Virus record (IMG/VR): IMGVR_UViG_3300031555_010338
Length of the DNA: 64,000 nt
DNA from: a virus
Taxonomy: Duplodnaviria > Caudoviricetes
Reading direction: 5' to 3' (one strand)
This document shows positions 50,126 through 60,302 of this stretch, piece by piece. The position numbers and the translations under genes were made by a program. The notes under the pieces were generated by a model. That model was given only the letters and a program-made list of their open reading frames with translations, was not told the origin of the DNA and ran no database searches. How positions within the stretch are numbered: the first letter of the stretch is position 1; every line of letters starts with the position of its first letter.

Positions 50126-53100
50126 ATGAAATACAAAAACATGCAGCAGGAAATCCCGCAGGAAAGTCGCCAGGGATTGAACGATAAGATTCTCTACCTG
50201 ATCGACAATGACTTGGCGGAATCCTCTGGTATCACCTGCGAAGATATTTACAACGCCTACACCGGCGATGGTGGATTGCACGGTCTGAAATACAGTGACT
50301 TTGACAACTACCATGAGTATTCCAGCGCAAAGAAAGAGTTGGAGAACGGACAGTTCTTCACCCCTCATGCGGTGTGTGAGTTCATCATGGACTGCTTGGC
50401 ACTGGATGATACGGACATCGTTGCCGATCTCACTTGCGGAATGGGTACATTCTTCAACTTTGCTCCGATGGAAAGCAATGTCTATGGGTGCGAACTGGAT
50501 GCCAAGGCTTACAAGGTTGCAAAGTATCTCTATCCGAAGGCAAATCTCACTTGCGGAGACATTCGTTCGTACAATCCTGGTATCAAGCTGGATTATGTGG
50601 TCGGCAATCCTCCCTTCAATCTGCGCTGGTGGGTGGATGGCGCACAGGTTCTGTCTCAGCTCTACTACTGCCAGAAGGCGGCAGAGCTTCTGAAGCCTAT
50701 GGGAATTATGGCTTTGGTTGTTCCTTCCTCTTTCCTTGCAGATGATTTTTCGGACGGTGGACTGATTAAGGAAATGGAGAAACACTTCAGCTTCCTTGGT
50801 CAATTCACTCTGGATGCAAACACCTTCTCTGGCCTGGGTGTCACCGGATACCAGACGAAGGTACAGTTCTGGCAGCGTAACAGCGATATGTCTGGTTGGA
50901 AGCCTCTTCCCTACACCACCTATGTACATGAGAATGTCGGGCTGAACGGAAGCGGCAAAGAGTATGTTCGCACTTTCTTTTTGAACGCGGCGCAGGAGCA
51001 ACTTCGGAAGAATAGATCTCACATCTTACTGGAACTCTCAAGAGATCGAGATTCGTCTGCCGACTTTACATACAAGGTGAAGAAATACCTGTATGATATC
51101 AAGTCTCATCCTCGTCTGAAAGAAAAGTATGTGAAATGCTGCGAATACATCAATCGCTACTACACACAGAAACAGCCCGAGGATATGTCCTACGAGGAAT
51201 GGTGTCGTGTCCGTATCACGGAAGCCAAGGTACTGGCGTATCTGCGAAACACGGTGCGCAAACAGCATCCCGTACAGTACAAGGACGAAATTCGGATGGT
51301 CAAGCGTGACTACTCCATTGGGTTTAAGGCTTATAGCCCGAAAATGGCACGGCAGATGACCGGCGCAATGAAAACCGATACTCCGATCTATCAGATCGTG
51401 TCGGATGAGCTGAATGCTTCTGAGTTTGGAAGCTACGCAAGAATGATTCGCCGTCGCCAGCGTGAATATCAGATCGAACAGCAGCAGTTCTCCGATATGG
51501 AACCGAATGCTGAGATCGCTACATGGCTGGATGAATTCATGCTCTACGACTCAGAAAACGAGGAAGAAATTCGTCTGAACGACTTGCAGAAACACGATAT
51601 TAACCTCGTATTGCAGAAGCGGTACACACTTCTTCAGTGGGAGCAAGGCAGTGGTAAAACGCTGGCTGGTATTGCTACAGGCTTGTATCGGATGGAACGG
51701 CAGGGTGCTTTTTGCACCTGGGTTCTCTCCCCCGCAATTTCTATCAAGAACAACTGGAACGATGTCCTTCCGAACTACGGACTTTCTTATGTCATGGTGG
51801 AAAAGCTGTCTGATCTGGAACGCATCCAGCGTGGAGATTTTATTCTCGTCACGATGAACAAGCTTTCCAAATATCGTAAGCAAATCAAGAACTGGATCAA
51901 GCAGCACGGTCAGAAGGTTGCGTTCTGCTTCGATGAAAGCGATGAGATTACCAATCCTTCCAGCATTCGAGCAAAGGCAACACTGGATGATTTCAGACGC
52001 TGTAAGTTTAAGCTTCTCATGACCGGAACCAGCACCAGAAACAATATCAGTGAGTTTGCCCCTCAGTTGGAGCTTGCATATAACAACTCTGCGAATATGA
52101 TTTCCTGGTGTAACACCATTTACCACTACGAACGGGCAAGTAAGAAGGATGGAAAGGAAGCAGAGCTTACTTGTACAAACAATCCGTATTATGGACAGCC
52201 TATCCCCGCATACAAGGCTGGATACTCCCTCTTTTCTGCAAGCCATCTGCCTGAGCGTATCACCGTGTTTGGTGTCGGTCAGAAAACGCAGGATATTTAC
52301 AATGCGGATGAGCTGAGCGATATCCTTGGTCGGTTTGTAATTACTCGTACTTTCGAGGAAATTTCTGGAAAAGACATCAAGCGCATCCATCAGGTTCCCG
52401 TTCGCTTTACGGAAGATGAACGCGCAGTGTATCAGAAAGCGATCAACGAGTTCCACGCTATGCGGAGTCATTACTTCGCTTCCACTGGAAACTCCCGCAA
52501 GGATTCTATGATGAAGCTTATCCAGCAGATTACCTTGCTTTTGCGGATCAGCGCTGCGCCGAATACTGTTGTTGAGTATTGCGGCGATACTCCGACAAAG
52601 ATCCGTACTGTCGTAGAAATGCTGCAGTCGATGGATAACAAGATCGTGGCAGTTGGTGTACGTCATAAGGTTGTTGTCAACGCATACGCCGAGGCTATTC
52701 GGAAAGCTATGCCTGATCGTCCGCTCTTCATTGTTACCGGCTCCACCACAACGCTGGCGAAGCGCCGCGCCCTTCGGAAAACCCTGCGTGAAAGCAAGAA
52801 CGGCATCTTGCTCTGTACTCAGCAGAGCTTGCCAAGTAGTGTGAACTTTGAGTTTGTGGATAATGTCATCATTCCGGAACTACACTACAACAATTCCAGA
52901 ATGAGCCAGTTCTACTTCCGCTTTATTCGCTATAACTCTGTCAATGTGAAGAATATCTACTTTGTCACCTACCTTGGAAGCATTGAATCTAATCAGATGC
53001 AGATGGTGTTGGCAAAAGAGAAGCTTAATCTTTTCATGCGCGGCCAAAATACCGATTTGGATGAAATCTACGAACGGTTTGGCGTTGATTACGATCTGCT

Positions 53101-53176
53101 GTCTATGTTGATGTCCCGCGAAGTGGATGAGAATGGCAAGTTCTACATTCGTTGGGGCGAACAAGAGATCGCATAA
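50126..53176 (+). CDS. N6-adenine methyltransferase fused to SNF2-like helicase
   Basis: GQFFTP, DLTCGMG, GNPPF; WEQGSGKT, FDESD, MTGT. Confidence 0.82.
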   Translation: MKYKNMQQEIPQESRQGLNDKILYLIDNDLAESSGITCEDIYNAYTGDGGLHGLKYSDFDNYHEYSSAKKELENGQFFTPHAVCEFIMDCLALDDTDIVADLTCGMGTFFNFAPMESNVYGCELDAKAYKVAKYLYPKANLTCGDIRSYNPGIKLDYVVGNPPFNLRWWVDGAQVLSQLYYCQKAAELLKPMGIMALVVPSSFLADDFSDGGLIKEMEKHFSFLGQFTLDANTFSGLGVTGYQTKVQFWQRNSDMSGWKPLPYTTYVHENVGLNGSGKEYVRTFFLNAAQEQLRKNRSHILLELSRDRDSSADFTYKVKKYLYDIKSHPRLKEKYVKCCEYINRYYTQKQPEDMSYEEWCRVRITEAKVLAYLRNTVRKQHPVQYKDEIRMVKRDYSIGFKAYSPKMARQMTGAMKTDTPIYQIVSDELNASEFGSYARMIRRRQREYQIEQQQFSDMEPNAEIATWLDEFMLYDSENEEEIRLNDLQKHDINLVLQKRYTLLQWEQGSGKTLAGIATGLYRMERQGAFCTWVLSPAISIKNNWNDVLPNYGLSYVMVEKLSDLERIQRGDFILVTMNKLSKYRKQIKNWIKQHGQKVAFCFDESDEITNPSSIRAKATLDDFRRCKFKLLMTGTSTRNNISEFAPQLELAYNNSANMISWCNTIYHYERASKKDGKEAELTCTNNPYYGQPIPAYKAGYSLFSASHLPERITVFGVGQKTQDIYNADELSDILGRFVITRTFEEISGKDIKRIHQVPVRFTEDERAVYQKAINEFHAMRSHYFASTGNSRKDSMMKLIQQITLLLRISAAPNTVVEYCGDTPTKIRTVVEMLQSMDNKIVAVGVRHKVVVNAYAEAIRKAMPDRPLFIVTGSTTTLAKRRALRKTLRESKNGILLCTQQSLPSSVNFEFVDNVIIPELHYNNSRMSQFYFRFIRYNSVNVKNIYFVTYLGSIESNQMQMVLAKEKLNLFMRGQNTDLDEIYERFGVDYDLLSMLMSREVDENGKFYIRWGEQEIA

Positions 53177-53195
53177 ATAGAAAGGGGTAAGATTT

Positions 53196-54350
53196 ATGAC
53201 CAGAAGAATTATTGCGCTGAAAGGGCGCGACGGATACTACATTTCCCAAGAGTTTAACGGAGATCGTGACGAGGCGATGCAGCTTCGTGGGTTTGCCGTA
53301 GTTCAGGCCAACTGGAGCGATATTGTTCCTTTGTTCAATGGTGTGTCTGGTCTTAGCATGTTTTCCAGTGCTGTAAAGAAGGCGGAAAATCTTTTCGGAT
53401 ACGAAAATCTTCCCTTGGAAGTCGTTAGTGAGCTTCCGTCCGAAGAAGAAATTTGGATCGTAGATAGAGAAGAACTTGTGCTTTTCTCCAAATACGGAGA
53501 GGTGGTCGATCAGAATGGATGAAGAGATCAGTTTGATTTATGAAGAGCTTTTTCTGAGCGGTTCTTGCGTGATCGGCAAACGTCGCAAGGATGGAAAGTG
53601 GGACGCAAAAACATATCGCATTCTGAATGGCCTGTGCGAGATTGCCAAGCGTTATGGACGAGTAGTGAAATTCAATAAAATCGATGGCTCTGTCGAACTG
53701 GATTACGAACTGTTCGAGGTCGATATCGACGGAAAGCATATTGTAGCTTACAAGGCAATCAACGGACGCGATTTGCTCCCTGGCGATTTGTATATCGCAA
53801 AGCGGAACACCGGATGGCATCTTGCAAAGTGTTTGTATGTTGACAAGAGCGGCGGCTGGGTAATGCCCGATCCTCCTGCATCGATTTACTCTTACGACTG
53901 TCATGAATGCTTCAAAGTAAAAGAGGTTACAAGCATATAGTTAAACAACCGGAGGTGTGTATGAACTATTCGTTTAACAATCGCGGCGGGCATATTGAAG
54001 TCCTCGATGATGCTGGACGATTCATGTTTTCTGCGGATACTGTTAGTGAAGCATACCGTGAGCTGGCAGACATGGATCGTGAAGAAAGCAAGAGAGAATA
54101 AAAAAAAGCTCCCCATAAAGGGGAGCTAAGTTGAGAGGTGTTGTGGATGATTGAAAAGTTTGTGTCGTATAAGGAACGCAATGGAATTATTGAGCGAGAT
54201 CGGGATGTATGGACGGTCAAGATCGCCAATGGGAAATATTATATTTCGTGCAATGGAAATCCTATCTGCTATGGCACTGCTCAGCCTGGAATGACTTGCG
54301 AGCGCGTACTCCGCAACTGCTCTGGGAAACAGTTTATGAAAGTGAGTTGA
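53196..54350 (+). CDS. Small hypothetical genes
   Basis: ORFs at 53196, ~53515, ~53961, ~54138. Confidence 0.5.
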
Positions 54351-54972
54351 TCTGGCGGCTTTGCATCAAAACTCTTCGCATGTCATTTTCCCATGCAGTC
54401 TTTCTTCTGTACTTCTGCCACTTCAAATATTCATCCCATCGGTGGATGGAAGCTTCCGTAGAAAGGCCAAACACTTTCTTGATGTCGGACGGGGAGGCAA
54501 CTCCAAGCATTTGAAATAGCGGCATAGGGCATAACAGGGTAGCTGCAAACTGATCTGCTTCTGCCTCAAACTCTGGGGCGGTTAGATTGTTAAATCCATT
54601 TTCCGCAAGCATTGGTTCCGCCACAAGTGGAAGGTGTTTTAGGATGACATGTCCAAGCTCGTGTGCCTTAGTCCACCGTCGTCTACCCTCCACATTGTTT
54701 TCGGAGTGGTCGTCATTCCATAAGATCAGATACCGATCATTGGCAATGTCGTAGTGTGTGCAGCCAGACTTACTTTCGCAGAGCACAATCACATCTCGTA
54801 TTGTACATTGGTTAATTTCTGCGAACTTGTCATATGTCAAGATCCTGCAATTAGAAAGGCTTGAAATAATATCGCCTGGTTCAATAGGAAACGTGATGCT
54901 TCCCATCTGCCTATATAGCTGCAGAACTTGGTTGTAGATATACGGGTATCGAATCACGGAATACACCTCCAT
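54334..54972 (-). CDS. ImmA/IrrE-family metallopeptidase (anti-repressor)
   Basis: RRRWTKAHELGH, EAEADQFAATLLCP. Confidence 0.88.
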   Translation of the reverse strand: MEVYSVIRYPYIYNQVLQLYRQMGSITFPIEPGDIISSLSNCRILTYDKFAEINQCTIRDVIVLCESKSGCTHYDIANDRYLILWNDDHSENNVEGRRRWTKAHELGHVILKHLPLVAEPMLAENGFNNLTAPEFEAEADQFAATLLCPMPLFQMLGVASPSDIKKVFGLSTEASIHRWDEYLKWQKYRRKTAWENDMRRVLMQSRQINSLS

Positions 54973-55013
54973 TCTGCTGTATTATATCAAGTTTACTGTC
55001 CAATAAAAAGGAC

Positions 55014-55370
55014 TTATTCTCCGTTCCCCTCGTCACTGAATGCGTAGTCAAATCCCAGGCGGATCATCTTCATCATTTTCTCGCGGTCAGTCGGAGACAT
55101 TTTGTTTCTTGCTCTTTGCAGCGACACAAAATCATCGTCGCTCATAAGCTTTTCTGCCGGTTCTTCCACATTGGACAGGCCAATCAAATAATCGGTAGAA
55201 ACATCAAAATACTCAGCAATCAACTTGACCTTATCAATGGACGGGGAGGAAGTCTGCTTCCATTTACGGATCAAAGATGTGCCGATACCAAGATCGGTTG
55301 CCATCTTAGTAATTGTAATGCCTCTTGCTTTGCACAAGCCAGATATTCTCTCATATAAAATCGAGTCCAT
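55014..55370 (-). CDS. XRE-family HTH repressor (ImmR-like)
   Basis: RISGLCKARGITITKMATDLGIG...PSIDKVKLIAEYFDVSTDYLIG. Confidence 0.88.
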   Translation of the reverse strand: MDSILYERISGLCKARGITITKMATDLGIGTSLIRKWKQTSSPSIDKVKLIAEYFDVSTDYLIGLSNVEEPAEKLMSDDDFVSLQRARNKMSPTDREKMMKMIRLGFDYAFSDEGNGE

Positions 55371-55412
55371 AATATATCCTCCAGAAAAGATAAAATTTTC
55401 TCGCTTTCCCTA

Positions 55413-55506
55413 TTGACACCGCCACTATTTTCCGCTATACTTATACCCGTCGAGAAAATAGTAGCGCTTGCTACTTAATTATAAGTCAAATTTTCGCACT
55501 TGTCAA
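55413..55506. promoter_or_regulatory. Face-to-face sigmaA promoters with operator repeats
   Basis: + TTGACA-17-TATACT (55413-55441); - TTGACA-17-TATAAT (55478-55506); CG(A)GAAAAT-type repeats. Confidence 0.75.
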
Positions 55507-55532
55507 CACAATAATCCAACTGGAGGCGGAAC

Positions 55533-55988
55533 ATGATTTTCAAGAATGGTGTAACGAACGAGCCTGTACTGGCTGCTGACTTCGATATGGTCAGCACAGA
55601 TAATAAGCGTGTTGTTCTGAAGTACAACGGAAAGCTTTGGGATGATGTTCTGTTTGAGGCAATGCGTATGGCCTGTGAGGTCATCAACAATCCTGCTATT
55701 GATATGGATAGCTTTGAAAGTGTTGTTGCTGACATCTCCATGTGTGTTGGATTCAGTATTCAGTTGGCATCTATCCGTACTTACGCAGATCTATCCGTTA
55801 CAACTACATCCGGAAAAATTGCAAAGCGTCGGTTCCTTGTCTATGGAGAAACGGAAGAGGTTGTAAATATCCTCACACGTTTCTTTTCTGAGGGTTGCCA
55901 GGGTGTCTACCCTTCTTTTGCAGATCACTTTGCGGCGTTCTTTGCCGCATGGCGATCCTCAGAAAAAAATCAAAAATTATTTTGCTAA
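55533..55988 (+). CDS. Hypothetical protein
   Basis: 151 aa, RBS GGAGG. Confidence 0.55.
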   Translation: MIFKNGVTNEPVLAADFDMVSTDNKRVVLKYNGKLWDDVLFEAMRMACEVINNPAIDMDSFESVVADISMCVGFSIQLASIRTYADLSVTTTSGKIAKRRFLVYGETEEVVNILTRFFSEGCQGVYPSFADHFAAFFAAWRSSEKNQKLFC

Positions 55989-55994
55989 TTCCTA

Positions 55995-56023
55995 TTGACA
56001 AATGCCCAGCAATCGTGTATAGT
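55995..56023 (+). promoter_or_regulatory. sigmaA-type promoter
   Basis: TTGACA-17bp-TATAGT. Confidence 0.72.
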
Positions 56024-56075
56024 ATTGCTTGTAAGGAACGAACTAAACAATTCTCTTGAATATGGAGGGGTGTGC

Positions 56076-57023
56076 GTGGATAACAGTAGTTACCGTAACC
56101 TTTATATTGCAGAGCTAACGGAAAAGAGACAGCTTTCCGAGGCTTCCGTTCAGACAATCCAGAACTTCTGGAAGCGTGTGCAGCGCTTTGAGGAAGAGAA
56201 TGGAAATACTTTGGAGGACGGATACACGAAGGAAGAGTTTGTGAAACTCATTTCCAGCTTTAATATAAGCAATGTGTCTGGCTTCTTGGGTGATAAGAGT
56301 AGACTAAGGAAATACCTTGAGTGGCTTGTTGAGACGAAAGGTTTCGATCCGAACATTGTTTCTGTTCTTACTTCCGTAGGATATGACGATATTGATGCAA
56401 GTCGGTTGTTTGAGTTGAAGTTCTTCAAAGACTTTCAGGACTTGCAGGACACGATTGCGACTACCTTGGTAGTCGCAGACAAGGTTGACGAGCGCATCTT
56501 TGCAACTCAGATTACAGCCATTTATATGGCCTGGTGTGGATTGCAGATGGAGGAAGCCTTGCAGATCAGAAAAGCCGATGTCAAAGACGATCATATCTGT
56601 GTCGGAGATCGTGTGATTTATCCAAATGCGACAATTATGCAGTTCATCAAAGACTACCGTGATGCAACTGAGTATCAGTCTGCAGCAAGAGCAATCATCA
56701 CACTAAAATATACTCCGTCCGAGATGCTATTCCGCACTGCGAGATCCGGATATGTTGACTCCCCTAAGACTATGCGCATCTTCATCCGAAACTTCGGAAA
56801 GAGCGGCGGCGAGGACAGCAACATGTTCCATTACGACAAGGTTTATTGGTCTGGCGTGTATAACAGAGCATATCTTTATGAGTGTGCGAATGGCCTAATT
56901 CGTCAGGGCGATATGGAAACCATCAGCAAACTTTTTAACGAAAACTACACCTCTATTTCCGTAGCAAATAAGCGTCTCCAGGCATATCGGAAGTTCGTGC
57001 AGTATTTCTTCCCTTCCAAATGA
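56076..57023 (+). CDS. Integrase-fold protein lacking catalytic motifs (MrpR/YopR-like repressor candidate)
   Basis: SAM-like N-terminus, WCGL.MEEALQIRKADV and VYWSG motifs, no HxxR tetrad. Confidence 0.55.
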   Translation: MDNSSYRNLYIAELTEKRQLSEASVQTIQNFWKRVQRFEEENGNTLEDGYTKEEFVKLISSFNISNVSGFLGDKSRLRKYLEWLVETKGFDPNIVSVLTSVGYDDIDASRLFELKFFKDFQDLQDTIATTLVVADKVDERIFATQITAIYMAWCGLQMEEALQIRKADVKDDHICVGDRVIYPNATIMQFIKDYRDATEYQSAARAIITLKYTPSEMLFRTARSGYVDSPKTMRIFIRNFGKSGGEDSNMFHYDKVYWSGVYNRAYLYECANGLIRQGDMETISKLFNENYTSISVANKRLQAYRKFVQYFFPSK

Positions 57024-57695
57024 AAAGCTTAAAAAGGCGAAAGCCTTTTAAGCCTCAAAAGGAATTAGCTAAACAACACTATATGTCCGAACAGTTACCG
57101 GTGGAACGCCATATGGAGAGCGGGTTCGACTCCCGAACGGATAACGATGCTAATTCAATAAGTTGGGAGGTGGTGCTATTGAGTGGGTGTCATTACTGCC
57201 GCAGGCAGAGAACATTTTGGGCATCTGAGCCATCTGGAAAGCCAGATGCTTCGCAGGATCTTCAAAACGCGCATATTCTTGCCGGCACGAACATCTTTTC
57301 GGATACGGCTGGTCGTCAGATACGCTTCATGTATTGCCCCATGTGTGGTGAGCCGTTGCTGAAGCCACCCGACGATGGGGGGGGTAAAGTTGGTATTCTT
57401 GCCGCCCTATTTCCCCCGAAATTTTGCAATAGCATAACAAAATTACAAGGAGCGTGTAAATCATGGGCAAAGTGAAAAATGACAGCGGTTACTATTGGGT
57501 TGACAAGGCGATTACCTGTAACGGCTGCAAGTTTCTAAACTTCTACAAGTGCGGTTGCCGCAGAAACCAGCCGCCTGGAACCGTTCGTCCCCTGTCGTCC
57601 TATATCAACGGCGACAATTATGTGGCAGTTCTCAAGCCTACCGACTGTGATTATCAGAAGGAGCAGAAAGAAGCTGTCTCCAGCACCAAGGTATC

Positions 57696-58439
57696 ATGAA
57701 GAAGATAGCTGGTGTTTTAGCCTTACTCCTAATTTGGCAAGTAGGATCGACGATGACAACCCCATTGTTCGTTCCCTCTCCAATGTCAGTGCTTGAAGCA
57801 CTTGTAGGACTGGTTGAAACAGGACAGTTGCTTCCAGGGTTGGCTTACTCTTTCTCCAGAATCACTATCGCAGCACTACTTTCCATGTCCGTAGCCGTTC
57901 CTCTGGCTTTGTTGGTATGTGCATTCAAGCCAATCAAGGACATGGTTCACCCTGTCGTATCTGCTATGCGATACATTCCAGTTACCGCATTTTCTCCACT
58001 GCTTATTTTGTGGTTTGGAATCGATGAGACAATGAAGATCTCCTTCCTTTTTCTGGCGACCTTTGTTTATCTGCTTCCATCAACAATTATGTGTCTGGAA
58101 GATGTGCCGCAAGACCTAATTGATACCGGCAAGTCCATCGGAATGCGTTCTCACGAAATCATTTCGGAAATCCTACTTCCCGCAGCTCTACCGTCAATTA
58201 TGAACTCATTTCTCATGATGTATGGTATTGGCTGGACGTATGTAGCAGTGATTGAAGCTGTTAATGCTAAGTTTGGCCTGGGCTTCATTATCAATGTGGG
58301 AGCTGCGAGAGGGAAAACGGCTATCGTATTCGCCTCAATTCTGGTGATCGTCATTTTCAGCTATCTATTCGATTGCGTTGGAAAGAAACTGATCCGTCGA
58401 GCGTTTAGATGGAGGTATTTGAATGATAACCTTGAATGA
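57696..58439 (+). CDS. ABC transporter permease (NitT/TauT type)
   Basis: RYIPVTAFSPLLILWFGI, EILLPAALP, multiple TM segments. Confidence 0.88.
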   Translation: MKKIAGVLALLLIWQVGSTMTTPLFVPSPMSVLEALVGLVETGQLLPGLAYSFSRITIAALLSMSVAVPLALLVCAFKPIKDMVHPVVSAMRYIPVTAFSPLLILWFGIDETMKISFLFLATFVYLLPSTIMCLEDVPQDLIDTGKSIGMRSHEIISEILLPAALPSIMNSFLMMYGIGWTYVAVIEAVNAKFGLGFIINVGAARGKTAIVFASILVIVIFSYLFDCVGKKLIRRAFRWRYLNDNLE

Positions 58440-59007
58440 TCTTGTGGTTGGGTACGATAAGCCACTTATGAAACCCATCAACTTCACATTTGAAGACGGC
58501 AAGATATACGGAATTTTGGGCAAGTCTGGTTGTGGCAAAAGCACACTGCTGAAAACAATCGCAAAGCTGCATAAGCCGATTTCCGGTAGTGTTAAGCGCG
58601 ATGGTAGTAAGCAAATCTACATGATGCACCAGCGATACACCAATTTTAATTGGCTGAATTGCTTGGATAATGTGCTGATTGCAGAACGCAACCGCCGTAA
58701 GCGCAAAGAGCTTATTCCAGTAGCAAAGACCATTTTGGAACAAGTTGGTCTTGGAGAATATCTTGACCGTTATCCCACCGAGCTTTCCGGTGGAATGCAG
58801 CAGAGATTGGCGTTAGCGCGTGTGTTATTCGTCAAGCCCTCTTGTCTGCTAATGGATGAACCATTATCAGCTCTGGATGATACGACAAGATCAAAAATGC
58901 AGAAGCTGATTATGGATATACACAAAGAAACCAACAGCACCATAATCATGGTCACACATAGCGAAGAAGAAGCAAAGAAAATGTGCGACCACATCTTGAA
59001 ACTTTAA
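58423..59007 (+). CDS. ABC transporter ATP-binding protein
   Basis: GKSGCGKST, LSGGMQQR, LMDEPLSALD, VTH. Confidence 0.92.
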   Translation: MITLNDLVVGYDKPLMKPINFTFEDGKIYGILGKSGCGKSTLLKTIAKLHKPISGSVKRDGSKQIYMMHQRYTNFNWLNCLDNVLIAERNRRKRKELIPVAKTILEQVGLGEYLDRYPTELSGGMQQRLALARVLFVKPSCLLMDEPLSALDDTTRSKMQKLIMDIHKETNSTIIMVTHSEEEAKKMCDHILKL

Positions 59008-59023
59008 GGGAGGTTTTTACATT

Positions 59024-59557
59024 ATGAGTTGGTTGGAAAAGATTGGCCTCGTCGAGCGTGATGCGGCTGAAACCCCGCTGGCAGTTGAAGAGCTGCCTAC
59101 AGAATCCGAGATTCTGGTTGATGCGGAAATTGCGTCCACGGATAACATCGTGGATGAGATTTACGGTCAGAACGAGCTTTCTGACAAAAGCAATTCTATC
59201 TACACTGTCCAGGCATTGATTGCCACTCTCCCCGCCGAGATGACCACTGCTAAGAAGCAGGCCACCGTTGCCGGTATTCTCGCTGTGTCTGGCAAGACCA
59301 TCTCCGCACTGCTGGAAGATGCAGAAAAGCGTCTGGAAGTTCTGAGTGCAGCGCAAAACAAGATCGTTGCTGAGCGCACTGCCGAGATCGAGACTGCGAA
59401 TGCTGATATCGAAACGCTGAAAGGCGCTATTGAGGCTGCGAATATCAAGATTAAAGAGGGCGAGGATATTATCGCAGCAACAAAAAAGTCCGTAGAGGAC
59501 GAGGCAACCGTAATTTCTGATCTGGTTGAGTTCTGTAACGGAATGGAGGGCAAGTAA
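59024..59557 (+). CDS. Coiled-coil hypothetical protein
   Basis: 177 aa, helical heptads. Confidence 0.65.
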   Translation: MSWLEKIGLVERDAAETPLAVEELPTESEILVDAEIASTDNIVDEIYGQNELSDKSNSIYTVQALIATLPAEMTTAKKQATVAGILAVSGKTISALLEDAEKRLEVLSAAQNKIVAERTAEIETANADIETLKGAIEAANIKIKEGEDIIAATKKSVEDEATVISDLVEFCNGMEGK

Positions 59558-60300
59558 TGAAGTTCGTTGTAGGTGCAATTATCGTAGTTGTTCTTCTGGC
59601 GCTCATCATTTTCCCCGAATTTCGTAAGAAGCTGAAAGTCCTGGTCGGCGGTTTTCTGAATGTCTTTGTCGAGGATGCTGCCAAGACTCCTGAGGGTGCA
59701 AACGCCGTTTTCAATCAGGCTATCGAAGAAATGCAGGACAAATACAACCGTGCCGCAAATACTCTGAATAAGCTGTCTGGTGAGCTGAAACATGCCGAAG
59801 CAGCGGTTGACAGCATTACCAAGGAGATCAAAGAGGTGGAGGCAACCTGCGAACGACTGGTAAAGGCTGGTCAGTTGAACGATGCCGAGGTTTATGCTTC
59901 CCGCCGTGCCGAGCTTATTACCGAGCTTGAGCAGAAGAAAGAGTGTATTGTTCGCCTGAAGCCTATGGTTGCGGATGCGACCCAGATCTATGACACTCTT
60001 GGCAAGAAGCTCCGTGAGCTGAAGCGCAACAAGAAGGAAACCGTTGAGAAGCTGAAGATGAACGGTCAGTTGAAGGATCTGCTGGGTGATCTGGATGAGC
60101 TGAAAAAGGATACCGCAACGGCCAAGATGCTGGATGCTGTCATGGATGGCTCTAAGGATCTCCAGAAAGAGGTCGATGGCGCTCGTGTTGTTCACGAGAA
60201 CCGCGCATCTACCAAGATTGCTCGTGCGGAGCAAAAGGCCGCTCAGTTGAAGAGCGACGAATACCTTGAATCTCTCAAGAAGAAGTACGGAGGAAAGTAA
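59557..60300 (+). CDS. PspA/IM30-family protein with N-terminal TM
   Basis: TM segment, TPEGA..FNQAIEE, long coiled coil. Confidence 0.7.
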   Translation: MKFVVGAIIVVVLLALIIFPEFRKKLKVLVGGFLNVFVEDAAKTPEGANAVFNQAIEEMQDKYNRAANTLNKLSGELKHAEAAVDSITKEIKEVEATCERLVKAGQLNDAEVYASRRAELITELEQKKECIVRLKPMVADATQIYDTLGKKLRELKRNKKETVEKLKMNGQLKDLLGDLDELKKDTATAKMLDAVMDGSKDLQKEVDGARVVHENRASTKIARAEQKAAQLKSDEYLESLKKKYGGK

Positions 60301-60302
60301 AG

